Notes: a model not told the origin generated them from the sequence alone. A DNA stretch of 64,000 nt from Tortispora ganteri (GCA_003707115.1 PPNB01000006.1:62001-126000), one strand, 5' to 3'. Shown: positions 1 to 11,345, counted from the stretch's first letter. Made by a program: numbers and translations.

Positions 1-971
1 ATACCTCATAGATCTACTTCGTGATCAATTGATACTCTTCGCTCTTGCTCATGGCATAGCTGCACGATTGGCCCTCTTTGGAGAAGAAATTGCAGAATTA
101 TTGTCACTTGTTATTTTTTGCCTATGTCTCAGATGCTTTCCCCGCTTATAATTGGTCGCGCTCCGTGGCCGGCGGTCTTCTCCCCTAAAATGGTCATGAA
201 GAAACCTTAATATTCAACTGCTTTTTTAACTCTCCTGCAACTACGATCAGCAGCGACTTGATTAAGACCGCGCTTTAATGGGTACTCCTTATAACGTTTA
301 CGCATGTGTCTTTTCTTGATCGCCGATAACAGTTTTTGTTTTCCTATTGCTCATTTAGCATAACCGAATTATCTGTAGTGTCGCTAAAAGCGCCTAGCCT
401 AATCTGTGGCTGTTTACAGTTATTCCGAAGTACAAGGCCTAACCTCTTATTTTCCGCCTGCTCGTCTAATCTATTATTCCGCTAGACTCAGCTCATTGTA
501 CTTTGCAGATTTTTCCTTTCTGGGCGGAACCGATGGCAAGCCAATTGCCCTTACTGTCAAGTCTTGTGCGTCAGCCCCGCAGTGTACGCCAATCAGGACC
601 TCTATGATAGAGTATACCGCCTAAATGCACTATTTCCCCTCTTCTTTCCATGTCGGCGTCTTTTCTAAATTGCTCCGCACTTTCCATCTGCGAAGATTGC
701 TGCGTTATTTGCAACATTCCTTTTAGAACAGTGAAATCTGGGCTCTCCTTTGCACAAAGTTAATTAGGTTCGTAACTGAGTCGATATTAGCTAATTCTGC
801 ACGATCGCAGCGGTTATGTGTCTATCGGTACTACCAACTTTATACTCAGTGATTTTTCATCTTTTGTCTCTTCAGAAATATTACTCCTTTTTGGTTCAAT
901 ATTTTCAAGCGAGATAATGATTTTGGCCAGTTCGTTGTTCAACTTGCAATCGCATCTTCCTGTTCGTCCAT
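1..971 (-). pseudogene. Possible decayed ORF (unidentified), running off the window start
   Basis: ATG at 971 reads MDEQEDAIA. A 1-nt shift continues as KLNNELAKIIISLENIEPKRSNISEETKDEKSLSIKLVVPIDT*, followed by further charged, protein-like fragments broken by stops. No intact long ORF. Confidence 0.3.
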
Positions 972-1121
972 GTAACAACCTCTAATTAGTGATATGGTCT
1001 TAGAATGGGACTTTCCTAAAAGGGATGCATTGGGAAAACTGTCGGATCTAGCACCTAAAAAAAATTACCTGCTCTTCAACTACAAGCAAAAGGATCGAAA
1101 TTGCGTCCATTTTGATATATA

Positions 1122-3710
1122 ATGAGCGATTCCGAAACAGATATTACTAATTCTTTGGTTATAGGTGGTGAAAAGCGCAATGCAAAGGTAAATTCATTAT
1201 ATTCAAACTCCAAGCGTCAAAGTGCGAATGTGAACGCTCTGAATCATTCACACTTCAGCGACACTGAAAGCGAACACGATGACCTGCTACCACAAGATTT
1301 ACTGCCATCTAATGTCGACCATGGAAACAACAAAGGTGCTAATAAAGGAACGTTTTTAGGTCTGGGTCTCTCTAATCCTGTCGCTGCGGCTGTGAAACGC
1401 AAAGGTTATAAGCAGCCTACTCCTATCCAACGACGCACTATTCCAGTTATCCTCGAAGGCAAAGATGTTGTAGGTATGGCTCGCACAGGAAGCGGAAAAA
1501 CCGCGGCTTTTATGCTACCAATAATAGACATGCTCAAAAGCCATTCCGCGCAAGTGGGTGCTAGAGCGCTCATACTTACTCCTAGTCGAGAATTGGCTCT
1601 TCAAACAATACGAGTATTTAAGGACTTTTCTTCCGGAACAGATTTGCGCTGTGCTCTTTTAGTAGGTGGAGATAGTCTAGAGGACCAATTTGGTTTCATG
1701 ATGTCTAACCCGGATATTATAATCGCAACTCCTGGCCGTTTCTTGCATCTAAAAGTGGAAATGAACCTCAACCTCAAAACTATTCAATACGTTGTTTTCG
1801 ATGAAGCCGACCGTCTTTTTGAAATGGGATTCTCCTTACAACTTACTAATATTTTGAGCTATCTACCGGAATTCAGACAAAGTCTGCTATTTAGTGCTAC
1901 ATTGCCTAAATCGCTAGTTGAGTTTGCCAAAGCAGGACTGCACGATCCTGTACTTGTTCGCTTAGATGCTGAACAGAAGATCCCTGAGAACCTTGAAATG
2001 GCTTTTTTTGGAATTAGATCATCAGAGCGTGATGCAGCGTTAGTGTACCTTCTCTCTCATGTCATAAAAATGCCTTTTGCAAACGAAGCCGCTTCAAAAA
2101 AACCTGGAAAAGTACGTGCAGGTGAAATACCATCTCCTCACTCAACTATTGTATTTGTCCCCACAAAGCACCATGTTGAACACGTATCTACATATCTGCG
2201 AGAGCTAGGTTACGCTGTATCATTTATCTATGGTTCACTTGACCAGCATGCGCGAAAAGAACAGTTGCAGAAGTTTCGTGCCGGTCTAACCACCGTCATG
2301 GTTGTTACTGATGTAGCGGCCAGAGGTATTGACATTCCAGTATTGGCTAATGTCATCAACTACACCTTTCCCAGCTCTCCAAAGATTTTCATTCACAGAG
2401 TCGGTCGTACTGCTCGTGCAGGAAACCACGGCTGGGCCTATTCGATTATAAAAGAGGCTGATTTGCCCTATCTCTTAGATCTAGAGCTTTTTTTAGGTCT
2501 GAAACTAAGCCTGAGCTGCGATATCACTGCTAACTCTGATGTTTCTTTTAGAAATTCTCTGGTGGTCGGCGGATTTCCGCGCGATGAACTCGAAACTATC
2601 TTTGAAGAGATAGAAAGCCTTCATAAAGAAAATTATGATCTTTTACTTATGCGAAATACCTCCTTAAAGGGTGAGAAACTATTTCTCAAAACTAGAAATC
2701 CTGCGTCAAGTGAAAGTGTCAGGAGGGCTAAGCAGGTCACAGGTTCAGATTGGATGCAACGACATGCGCTGTTGAAGGCCAAAAAGACTGATTCGGCTGA
2801 AACTGACCGTAAGGAAGCAGAAAGACTTGCATTCCTGGCAAAACTAGAGAATTACAGGCCTACAGAGACAGTGTTTGAACTGAACAAAAAGTCAAACGCT
2901 TTTGGTGAAATGTCTGATCTGATGACTCGTAGAAGGAAAGAAGTTGCTCATATTCAAGAACGATTGAAGGACCGCAGAGAGCTGCTAAATAAGGAGAAAT
3001 CGTTAAAAGAAGAGGTATCAGAGGAATCATCTAACACTCTTGTTGTGGACATGACTCCAGCCACTATGGATGATATAGACCACACATTCAAGTCCCAGAT
3101 CAGCGGGTCAAAGAAGCTGAAATCCTTCAAGGATCCTAATTTCTACATCAGCCATACAGATAAGGATGATGCTACTGAGAAAGGATACACCGTGAATTCT
3201 TTTGCAGACCAGGCGAAGAACGTTACATTTGATTTGATGCGGGACGACGACGAAGGAAAGTCAAAAAATGGCATGAAGTGGGACCGCAAGAAAGGCAGGT
3301 ACGTACAGTCGAACGGGGGTTTAGATGAGAATGGAAAGGGCACGAAATGGATAAAAGGCGAGAACGGTTTGCGCATTCAAGCATCTTTTAAGAGCGGCAA
3401 GTACGAGGCGTGGAAGGCAGCCCATAAGGTATCAGATATTAATGAAGGCGGGGAAGAGTATGCTCCTGGAAAGAAGGGACATGTTGGATTCAAGTTCCGG
3501 CACACGAAAATTCAGACTCCAAAAAAGGCTGATAAGGCTCGCGATGACTATAAAACGCAGCTAAAGAAGGTTGAGCTGGCTAAAGAGAGGATGGGATCTG
3601 CTCAGAACAGAAAGACGATAAGATCTAGTCGTGAAATTGCCAAAGGACGACATGAGAAAGAAAAGCGCAGGGAAAAGAACGCCCGGCCGTCGAAGAAACG
3701 CAAGAGATGA
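1122..3710 (+). CDS. DBP10: DEAD-box RNA helicase Dbp10 (DDX54), 60S biogenesis
   Basis: Q motif (PTPIQ), ARTGSGKT, DEAD, SAT and HRVGRTAR motifs; C-terminal WDRKKGRY...GENGLRIQASFKSGKY typical of Dbp10. Confidence 0.95.
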   Translation: MSDSETDITNSLVIGGEKRNAKVNSLYSNSKRQSANVNALNHSHFSDTESEHDDLLPQDLLPSNVDHGNNKGANKGTFLGLGLSNPVAAAVKRKGYKQPTPIQRRTIPVILEGKDVVGMARTGSGKTAAFMLPIIDMLKSHSAQVGARALILTPSRELALQTIRVFKDFSSGTDLRCALLVGGDSLEDQFGFMMSNPDIIIATPGRFLHLKVEMNLNLKTIQYVVFDEADRLFEMGFSLQLTNILSYLPEFRQSLLFSATLPKSLVEFAKAGLHDPVLVRLDAEQKIPENLEMAFFGIRSSERDAALVYLLSHVIKMPFANEAASKKPGKVRAGEIPSPHSTIVFVPTKHHVEHVSTYLRELGYAVSFIYGSLDQHARKEQLQKFRAGLTTVMVVTDVAARGIDIPVLANVINYTFPSSPKIFIHRVGRTARAGNHGWAYSIIKEADLPYLLDLELFLGLKLSLSCDITANSDVSFRNSLVVGGFPRDELETIFEEIESLHKENYDLLLMRNTSLKGEKLFLKTRNPASSESVRRAKQVTGSDWMQRHALLKAKKTDSAETDRKEAERLAFLAKLENYRPTETVFELNKKSNAFGEMSDLMTRRRKEVAHIQERLKDRRELLNKEKSLKEEVSEESSNTLVVDMTPATMDDIDHTFKSQISGSKKLKSFKDPNFYISHTDKDDATEKGYTVNSFADQAKNVTFDLMRDDDEGKSKNGMKWDRKKGRYVQSNGGLDENGKGTKWIKGENGLRIQASFKSGKYEAWKAAHKVSDINEGGEEYAPGKKGHVGFKFRHTKIQTPKKADKARDDYKTQLKKVELAKERMGSAQNRKTIRSSREIAKGRHEKEKRREKNARPSKKRKR

Positions 3711-3738
3711 TGTATTACAGGCTGAGTTTATGTTTATG

Positions 3739-3768
3739 ACTACTACTACTACGACTACGACTACTACT
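3739..3768. repeat. Imperfect (ACT/ACG)n trinucleotide microsatellite between the convergent DBP10 and FAD1 3' ends
   Basis: actactactactacgactacgactactact read directly. Confidence 0.8.
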
Positions 3769-3865
3769 TCTTATGATAACCTAAAACTACAAAAAAAAAA
3801 AGAATAGAATAGATTTACAATATAAAAGTCGTAGGATACATTGCTGAATGCTATAGGATTGTACG

Positions 3866-4690
3866 TTAATTTCTGCCCAGACGTTCTTTCGCGTCGTCTA
3901 AGAGTATCGGACCGCGTAAATATGAAACAGATCCATTCTCTGTCTCAGTGCGGAGTGCCGGGTTTGGCTTAGTGTCTGTGGTGGAGCCGATCGATGTGTA
4001 GCCCTTGTCGTAGAGAGAGCAGTAGGGTATGTTGGCGCCAGTGAGGAAGTCCCATATAGTAGCCAGTTTCCAATCGAGGATCGGGCAGATCCGCATAAAC
4101 TCCGGGAAATCGCCGTCTGTGGGGGAGAAGGTAGTGAGATGTTCGCCGTGTGGGTCTGTGCGTCTAGTGCCGATGAGTATGGCTTTTATGGAGGGCATAG
4201 ATTTGAGGTACTCGTGAAGAGCTTGCTTCAGAGGAAGTGATATCCATTGTATATCTAGCGAGTATACTGCGGCGCATTGCTGTATGAAGTCTTCTAGTTC
4301 CGTGAAAGGATCGGTAGAACGGACATAGACGCAAGGGATTTTTCTGATTCTAGCGAGATAGTCTGGGTTAAGATGTAGTACAGCGAGAAAGAGAATGAGC
4401 ATTACTTGACAGTCTTTGCCGCCGTTAAACGACATGGCAATCTGTTCTGGCGGGTAACGGTTTATAGCAGTCTCGAGGGCATACATTGACTGCTGAACTA
4501 ATGATTTGGTGTGAGATCGGGCGGGCGAAGCATCTGCTGACGAGCTAAGAAACTCCGATACAGCTCTGTACGCCGCCTCTGCAGAAACGATCAGTGGGTT
4601 CATCGACGTAGTTTCTGCTGTTTTTGAGAATATCACCGGAGATACTTGGCCTAAATGAGAAGAGGCCTTTGAAATCGGTTCGGACAGCAT
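3866..4690 (-). CDS. FAD1: FAD synthetase (FMN adenylyltransferase, PAPS-reductase fold)
   Basis: SFNGGKDC PP-loop, GTRRTDP, PILDW, YCSLYDKGYTSIG and ERLGR. The ORF-track start is a TTG; the first ATG is at 4690, with an alternative at 4603. Confidence 0.92.
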   Translation of the reverse strand: MLSEPISKASSHLGQVSPVIFSKTAETTSMNPLIVSAEAAYRAVSEFLSSSADASPARSHTKSLVQQSMYALETAINRYPPEQIAMSFNGGKDCQVMLILFLAVLHLNPDYLARIRKIPCVYVRSTDPFTELEDFIQQCAAVYSLDIQWISLPLKQALHEYLKSMPSIKAILIGTRRTDPHGEHLTTFSPTDGDFPEFMRICPILDWKLATIWDFLTGANIPYCSLYDKGYTSIGSTTDTKPNPALRTETENGSVSYLRGPILLDDAKERLGRN

Positions 4691-5516
4691 ATGGATGTGT
4701 TGTAAATGCGGGATGTGCAAGTGCTGGTGTGTTTCCAGTAAACTCTGGGAGAGCGGGGGAGAGTGCAGTGCCTGTGTCTATGTCCCGTGTTCCTTTAACG
4801 GCCAAAATGTGAGTACAGTGGTAAGCGACGTGTAGGCTTTTCTTAAAGCACAGAATTCGACAAAGAGGAATTAAAAAATATTAGAATAAATTTGAGACCA
4901 ATATTTAAATAAAAAGAATAGAAGCGCGACGTAACTGCTTGCCGAAGGAAATTTGTAAAAGCCTCCAAATAACAATATATGAAAGCTTGAGAATTAGAGT
5001 TTATGTTAAGCAAATAGGCTTGTTAACTACAACATTAAAAGTGCAATGGTAATAGTGCACCTTTCAGTTTCTATAGATGCAGCAAAGCCTTATTGTGAGC
5101 CAAGTTAATTAATAATCAACTGTACAGCGCGATGATCTCTACGCCACAATTATACTCCGCCTCTTAGACAACCCTACCTTAAATCATATGGCCCGCAAAA
5201 AAACCGTTCCGCAAATCACTATAGATCTCCTCCTTCCCCCCATAATAAAGTTAATCAAGATTTAGCCAATCAGAGTTGTCTCGCGTAACACCGAGGTTCT
5301 TTACAATTACAAGCTTTAAATGTTAGTACCTACTAGAACAGAGAGCATACCTAACTGGTCTTATCTTTAACCACAGTTATATTTAGCCACCGTTATATTT
5401 AACCCCTATTTATCGATTTCTCCCTTTTTTTTTCTGAATTTATTAATCGTTATTAATCGTTTTATTGCTGTGCCTTATTTTCCTACTGAACACTTCCATT
5501 ATTATCGCCATTCAAA

Positions 5517-8129
5517 ATGTCATCTAATCTACCTACAGACCTGCCCGTACTGTCAGTCGATACAAAGTCAATCCTTCTGCCGAGCACCATCGTGCGCCTG
5601 CGTGTTGCACCCACAAACCGCGACCTCATGTCAAATCTGTCTCAAAAAGTAGTCCGCACTAGTGACGCAAACCCCGTTTATGTCGCATGTCTTATCCGCA
5701 TCAACACTCCGCTGAAATCGAGCCTCAATGTCTCCGACTTCCAGAAAACGGGTACACTCGCCGAAATAACGCAAATCGACAGAGTCGGACCTCTAGACTT
5801 CGTCGTCATACTTCGTGGTATCTCTAGAATCGGCCTCATCTCGGTGGCGTCCACACCCGATACCGGTTACTCTACCTGTGTCGTTCGTCATTTGCCTGAT
5901 ATCGTATCCAGTGATTCCGACGCCGTATTGGCCAGTTTCGAACGCATGAAGTCTGCCGCCGTAGATATGCTCAATCTCATGGGTGCAGAAAACCTCAACA
6001 CCGCCGTCCTTCGGAGACTCTCGGGCTTCCTCACCCGCGCCACGGTCGAGGACGCCGGCGCGCTCGCGGACTTCTTGGCATCCACTATGGCCTTGACTTC
6101 CGAACAGAAGATCAAAGTACTCGAGAGTATAGACGTTATCACCAGAATGGACATCGTCTCAGATGCCATTACCACTAAGGTCGGTACCGTACAACTATCA
6201 AATAAAATATCAAACGATATCACCTCTAAGCTCTCGAAGCAACAGCGCGAAATGATTTTGAGACAGCAGCTCAAAGCCATCCAGGAAGAGCTTGGCGAGG
6301 GAAAAGAAGCTTCCGAGAAAGACGGTGCAGATGATTTGGCTTCAAGGCTCGAGGCTGCGAAGTTGCCGCCTGATGCTTACAAAATTGCTCAAAATGAACT
6401 GAAGCGTCTCAGAGGTATGCATCCAACGCAAGCAGAATATCACGTCTGCCGCACATACCTTGAAACTTTGAGCGAGATTCCCTGGTCAAAGTCTACAGTA
6501 GATAACTTGGACGCCAACACAATACCTCGTGCACGGGCTCAACTTGACGGTGACCATTACGGCCTCGAAATAGTGAAGAAGAGGCTCCTCGAATACTTAG
6601 CTGTTTTAAGACTTAAGCAGTCCCGCTTAACAGAGGCTTCCCAATCTATGGCACTCGTGCCTGCAAGAAGTTTCCCTGCTGACAAGTTAATGTCTGATAC
6701 CACAGATGCTTCTCAGAAATCGGCTCAAGATGCTAACTCTAATACATCTGCACTTCTGGGCAAAGCTCCAATCATTCTACTTGTCGGTCCTCCAGGTGTT
6801 GGCAAGACATCTTTGGCTCGAAGTATCGCCGATACCCTTAACCGCAAATTCTACCGCATATCTTTAGGAGGAGTGCGCGATGAAGCAGAAATTAGAGGTC
6901 ACAGAAGGACGTATGTTGGTGCTATGCCTGGGTTAATTGTACAAGGGCTCCGCAAAGTTGGTGTGAACAATCCTGTGTTTTTGCTGGATGAGATAGACAA
7001 AATTAGCGGTAATAACTTCCATGGTGATCCTTCTGCTGCTATGCTTGAAGTACTGGATCCCGAGCAAAATCACACTTTCAACGATCACTATGTTAATATC
7101 CCAATAGATCTTTCGAAGACCTTGTTCATTGCGACTGCTAACAGTCTGGACACTATTCCTGCTCCCTTACTTGATCGAATGGAGGTCATTCAGCTTCCTG
7201 GGTACACCTTTTTGGAAAAGACTGAAATTGCCAGCAGATATCTCCTTCCTAAGCAGATCAAAGCCAATGGATTACAACCTAATGACATATCTGTTTCCAA
7301 AGATGTTATTATGCAGATCGCTACAATGTATACCCGTGAAGCTGGTGTAAGAAACCTTGAACGTGAGATTGCTTCAATTTGCAGAGGAAAAGCAGTAGAA
7401 TACGCGCAGTATTTGGATAGCAAGGATAAAGACTCGTCAGCCAGTTACGATCCCGTTGTGACCTTTGATGATTTGGCAAAATATTTGGGTCCGGAGAAAT
7501 ACGATGCAGAAATTGCAACTGAAGATGGCGTTTTTGGCCGAATTGGTGTTGTTACCGGTTTGGCGTATATGGGAAGCGGCAATGGTGGTATAATGTTGAT
7601 TGAAGCCACTTCGATGCCAGGTACCGGCCAATTGAAATTGACAGGCAAACTGGGAGATGTAATAAAGGAAAGTGCCATGATATCATACTCGTGGGTGAAA
7701 GCTAACGCTTATCATCTAGGATTGGCTGATAATGACTCAACTAACATATCCAAAGGTATTGATGTGCATATACATGCGCCTGCTGGTGCAGTTCCTAAAG
7801 ATGGCCCGTCTGCTGGTGTCGCGATTACATTGGCACTGGTGTCTCTGTTTAGCAAGCGCCGAGTTCCTGTGGATATCGCGATGACAGGTGAAATGACTCT
7901 TCGTGGAAGGGTGCTGCCTGTCGGGGGTATCAAGGAGAAGGTGTTGGGTGCACACCGGGCTGGTGTGAAGACCATTATACTTCCTATTCGAAATAAAAAG
8001 GATGTGGAAACAGATATGCCTGAAGAGATTGTGAGCTCTTTAGATTTTGTCTATGTCAAGAATATCTGGGAAGTTTTCAGCAAGATCTGGAACATATCAC
8101 AGGAACCGGTAATTCAGAGTAACCTTTGA
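5517..8129 (+). CDS. Peroxisomal Lon protease (LONP2/Pln type)
   Basis: Lon N-domain, Walker A GPPGVGKTS, Walker B LLDEIDK, catalytic PKDGPSAG and GGIKEK. No mitochondrial presequence; ends in PTS1-like SNL. Confidence 0.9.
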   Translation: MSSNLPTDLPVLSVDTKSILLPSTIVRLRVAPTNRDLMSNLSQKVVRTSDANPVYVACLIRINTPLKSSLNVSDFQKTGTLAEITQIDRVGPLDFVVILRGISRIGLISVASTPDTGYSTCVVRHLPDIVSSDSDAVLASFERMKSAAVDMLNLMGAENLNTAVLRRLSGFLTRATVEDAGALADFLASTMALTSEQKIKVLESIDVITRMDIVSDAITTKVGTVQLSNKISNDITSKLSKQQREMILRQQLKAIQEELGEGKEASEKDGADDLASRLEAAKLPPDAYKIAQNELKRLRGMHPTQAEYHVCRTYLETLSEIPWSKSTVDNLDANTIPRARAQLDGDHYGLEIVKKRLLEYLAVLRLKQSRLTEASQSMALVPARSFPADKLMSDTTDASQKSAQDANSNTSALLGKAPIILLVGPPGVGKTSLARSIADTLNRKFYRISLGGVRDEAEIRGHRRTYVGAMPGLIVQGLRKVGVNNPVFLLDEIDKISGNNFHGDPSAAMLEVLDPEQNHTFNDHYVNIPIDLSKTLFIATANSLDTIPAPLLDRMEVIQLPGYTFLEKTEIASRYLLPKQIKANGLQPNDISVSKDVIMQIATMYTREAGVRNLEREIASICRGKAVEYAQYLDSKDKDSSASYDPVVTFDDLAKYLGPEKYDAEIATEDGVFGRIGVVTGLAYMGSGNGGIMLIEATSMPGTGQLKLTGKLGDVIKESAMISYSWVKANAYHLGLADNDSTNISKGIDVHIHAPAGAVPKDGPSAGVAITLALVSLFSKRRVPVDIAMTGEMTLRGRVLPVGGIKEKVLGAHRAGVKTIILPIRNKKDVETDMPEEIVSSLDFVYVKNIWEVFSKIWNISQEPVIQSNL

Positions 8130-8207
8130 TTTTAAAAAGACACTATAATAGTAAACATAATGTATTATAATGAGAGTCGCAACTTGAAATAGTAGTAGGT
8201 TTGAATA

Positions 8208-8867
8208 TTAACCCAAAAATCCTTTATCGCTTTTCTTCTGAATTGATTTGCTTTTGCGGAACTGCCGCCAAGAGCCCATTCTTTGCTGTCTTGTCTGTTC
8301 CCATTTCTCTTGGAATGATTTCTTTAATGATGCTGACTGGATTTGCTCTTCTTCAGCCATTTGTTTGCGCAGTTCATCTTTTTGTTGAAGTTTTAGCTTT
8401 TTAGCTTTTGATTTTTCTTGCTCTAACAACAACAAGTTGACTACCTGTCTAAGTAACGATACTTCGGAATCTGAGAGTTTTATGTAGTCTGTAGTTGACA
8501 GTTTTCCATCATTATATAGCTGCATTGATCCTTCTTTGTACAAATTATCAAGATTAAGAACTGATGCTTTGTCTTTGAGAGCATTCATTGCTTTATTTAA
8601 ACGATCGAACGCACCTTTAGCGCCCTCGGCTGGATTCTTGTCTGGGTGGACAAGGAGTGACTTGCGGCGGAAAACCGACTTGATCTTTGCGTCATCTAAC
8701 CCTGGAATAATGTCCAGTATCGCGTAGTAATTCAGTTCAAATTGGTCGAGTATTCTTTGGACTTCTTTCTGTTTTGTGAAATCACTGGCTTCCGAAGAAA
8801 GCAGGTCGTCAATCTCAGCGTTCGAAGACGACATTATGGTAGCGCGCGTCTTGCTCTTTGGGAACAT
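8208..8867 (-). CDS. J-domain protein, DNAJC8/Spf31-like
   Basis: HPD motif in RRKSLLVHPDKN; C-terminal WEQTRQQRMGSWRQF resembles the DNAJC8 family. The start may be the second ATG (8834). Confidence 0.8.
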   Translation of the reverse strand: MFPKSKTRATIMSSSNAEIDDLLSSEASDFTKQKEVQRILDQFELNYYAILDIIPGLDDAKIKSVFRRKSLLVHPDKNPAEGAKGAFDRLNKAMNALKDKASVLNLDNLYKEGSMQLYNDGKLSTTDYIKLSDSEVSLLRQVVNLLLLEQEKSKAKKLKLQQKDELRKQMAEEEQIQSASLKKSFQEKWEQTRQQRMGSWRQFRKSKSIQKKSDKGFLG

Positions 8868-9035
8868 TGTGTAGCGGAACCCAGTTTATATGAACAATAA
8901 GATGCTGCTATTGGGTACACAAAAACTTTAAATCCTGTTTAGAATTCTATGCGAAAAATAAATTTGTATCTGTTGTTTTTGCGTACCTTTCTTTTGCCAG
9001 AAACGACTGCGCCAGCATTTGTTGGTTTTTAAAAA

Positions 9036-11282
9036 ATGGCGCCAAAAAGCAAAACCGTTACAAAAAACACTAAACATAACGCGAAAAAGGAGTTGCGAGA
9101 AAAAGAGCTGAAGGTGCTTGCTGATCTCAAACAACGGGCAGCCGAGCTCGATGATACTTCTATTGAAAAGTTCAGTGATTTGCCAATATCTGAGCCAACG
9201 GCTTCGGGTCTTGCTAAGCAAGCGTTTACAGAAATGACTGAAATTCAAAGGAAATCAATCCCGTTAGCCTTGAAAGGCAGAGACATTCTCGGAGCTGCGA
9301 GAACGGGTTCTGGTAAAACTCTAGCATTTTTGATCCCACTTCTAGAGAAACTTGTGCACGAACAATGGACCCCAAATGATGGTCTAGGTGCACTGGTTAT
9401 CTCTCCAACGAGAGAATTGGCTGTACAAATATTCGATGTGCTTAGATCGATTGGCAAGTTTCACACGTTCTCTGCGGGCCTGGCAATCGGCGGAAAGAAC
9501 GTTCACGAAGAAATCTCAAGGGTGGGTCGTATGAACATCATGATTTGCACACCTGGAAGAATTCTGCAGTTACTAGATCAAGCTGTTGATTTTGATACTT
9601 CAAATCTTAAAATGCTTGTGCTAGATGAAGCAGATCGCATTTTGGACATGGGCTTCAAAGGTACAATGGATGCTATCTTAGAACATCTACCGAAAGATCG
9701 ACAAACTATGCTCTTCTCAGCTACACAGACGAAAAAACTATCAGATCTTGCTAGACTTAGCTTGAATGAACCTGAATATATATCCATTCACGATTCTACA
9801 GTGTATAGCATACCAGAATCTCTGATGCAACATTACATAGTTAGCCCGCTGCCTGACAAACTATCTATTCTTTACTCATTCTTGCGCACACATCTCAAAT
9901 CAAAAATAATTGTATTTTTCTCTTCCGGGAAGCAAGTGCGGTTCGCATTCGAGGCCTTTCGTCATATTCGTCCAGGTATACCGCTGGCACATTTACATGG
10001 CAGACAAAAGCAGACGACAAGAATAGAAACAGTCACCCAGTTCTCTAATGCAAAGTACTCCTGCCTTTTCGCTACTGATATCGTTGCTCGTGGACTCGAT
10101 TTCCCTTCTGTAGACTGGGTCATACAGGTCGACGCGCCTGAAGATGTGCCTACATATGTTCATCGAGTAGGCAGAACTGCTAGGTTTGACAAGGACGGTC
10201 ACGCTCTATTGTTTCTGACGCCAAGCGAGGAAACCCCCATGATAGAAAAACTTGAAGCAAAGAAAATACACGTCGAAAACCTCAAAATTCGCGAATCAAT
10301 GAAGCAGAGCATCAAAAAACAGCTACAAGGGCTCTGTTTTAAGGACACTGAAATCAAGTATCTGGCGCAGAAAGCATTCATCTCCTACGTTAGGTCAGTG
10401 TATCTGCAGCACGATAAAGACATTTTCAAATTCGACTCTATACCATTGGAAGAATACGCAGAAAGTCTTGGACTTCCTGGTGCGCCTAAAGTGAAGCTAC
10501 AAGGAGGTGCAAGTTTGAAGGAACGAAAGAATATTTCACGCCAACTTGCCCATGTAGCAGACGACGGAGAACAGAAGACGCAAGACGCTCCAAAGACAAA
10601 ATACGATAGAATGTTCAGCAGGGTTAACCAGGACATTCTGTCTGAGCACTACAACAAAGTAATTGAGCAAGAAGACCCGTCTGACAGTGAGGACATTCTA
10701 CAACCGAAAAATCAGAACAGCTACTTAGATAAAGAAGATTCTGAGCCGGCTAATATTGTCTCTAAACGGCAACTAAAGGCCGCCACCTCCAAGAAGCAGA
10801 TGTTAAAATACAAAGAAAGGCCTACAAAGCTGGTATTCGACGACGAAGGTAATGCCCATTCATTGTATGAGTTCCAGAAAGAGGAGGATTTTCTGAAAGA
10901 GGGCAAGCCAAAAGAACAAATTGACCGGTTCATCGAGGCAGAAAAGAAAGTCATGGATGATGCTGATTCTCAGGATAAAGAGATAGCGCGGGAGAAACGT
11001 TTAGCGAAGAAGAGGAAGAGAAGAGAAGCGGCTGAGAGCGCTAACAGATACGAAGAGGATGCGGAAGAAGAAGATGTCATTCCGTTTGAACAGGATGAAG
11101 ATCTGCTTGCAGAATTGAATAGGCAGATGGAGAGTTATGGAGAAGAGAAGAGAGAAAAGCGCGTCAAGATCGATTATCGTCGGAATAAGAATGAGCGTCA
11201 AAGTGCTAACGATAGCGACGCAGAGAGTTACAGCTCTTTGGAAGACCTTGAGGCGCTGACTGCGAAGCTGATCGAGGGCTAA
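9036..11282 (+). CDS. DBP4: DEAD-box RNA helicase Dbp4/Hca4 (DDX10), 40S biogenesis
   Basis: ARTGSGKTLAF, DEADRILDMGF, HRVGRTAR, KAFISYVRSVY...SLGLPGAP and KTKYDRMF. Confidence 0.95.
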   Translation: MAPKSKTVTKNTKHNAKKELREKELKVLADLKQRAAELDDTSIEKFSDLPISEPTASGLAKQAFTEMTEIQRKSIPLALKGRDILGAARTGSGKTLAFLIPLLEKLVHEQWTPNDGLGALVISPTRELAVQIFDVLRSIGKFHTFSAGLAIGGKNVHEEISRVGRMNIMICTPGRILQLLDQAVDFDTSNLKMLVLDEADRILDMGFKGTMDAILEHLPKDRQTMLFSATQTKKLSDLARLSLNEPEYISIHDSTVYSIPESLMQHYIVSPLPDKLSILYSFLRTHLKSKIIVFFSSGKQVRFAFEAFRHIRPGIPLAHLHGRQKQTTRIETVTQFSNAKYSCLFATDIVARGLDFPSVDWVIQVDAPEDVPTYVHRVGRTARFDKDGHALLFLTPSEETPMIEKLEAKKIHVENLKIRESMKQSIKKQLQGLCFKDTEIKYLAQKAFISYVRSVYLQHDKDIFKFDSIPLEEYAESLGLPGAPKVKLQGGASLKERKNISRQLAHVADDGEQKTQDAPKTKYDRMFSRVNQDILSEHYNKVIEQEDPSDSEDILQPKNQNSYLDKEDSEPANIVSKRQLKAATSKKQMLKYKERPTKLVFDDEGNAHSLYEFQKEEDFLKEGKPKEQIDRFIEAEKKVMDDADSQDKEIAREKRLAKKRKRREAAESANRYEEDAEEEDVIPFEQDEDLLAELNRQMESYGEEKREKRVKIDYRRNKNERQSANDSDAESYSSLEDLEALTAKLIEG

Positions 11283-11345
11283 TTAACGACTATAACGAAA
11301 AAATAAATAGATCAATTATAAGCCGTAAGCAACGTTGTGAAGGGG

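Noticed and set aside
4545..4805. 86-aa ORF overlapping the FAD1 5' end
   Set aside because: TTG start, different frame, and no splice or slippery signal linking it to FAD1.
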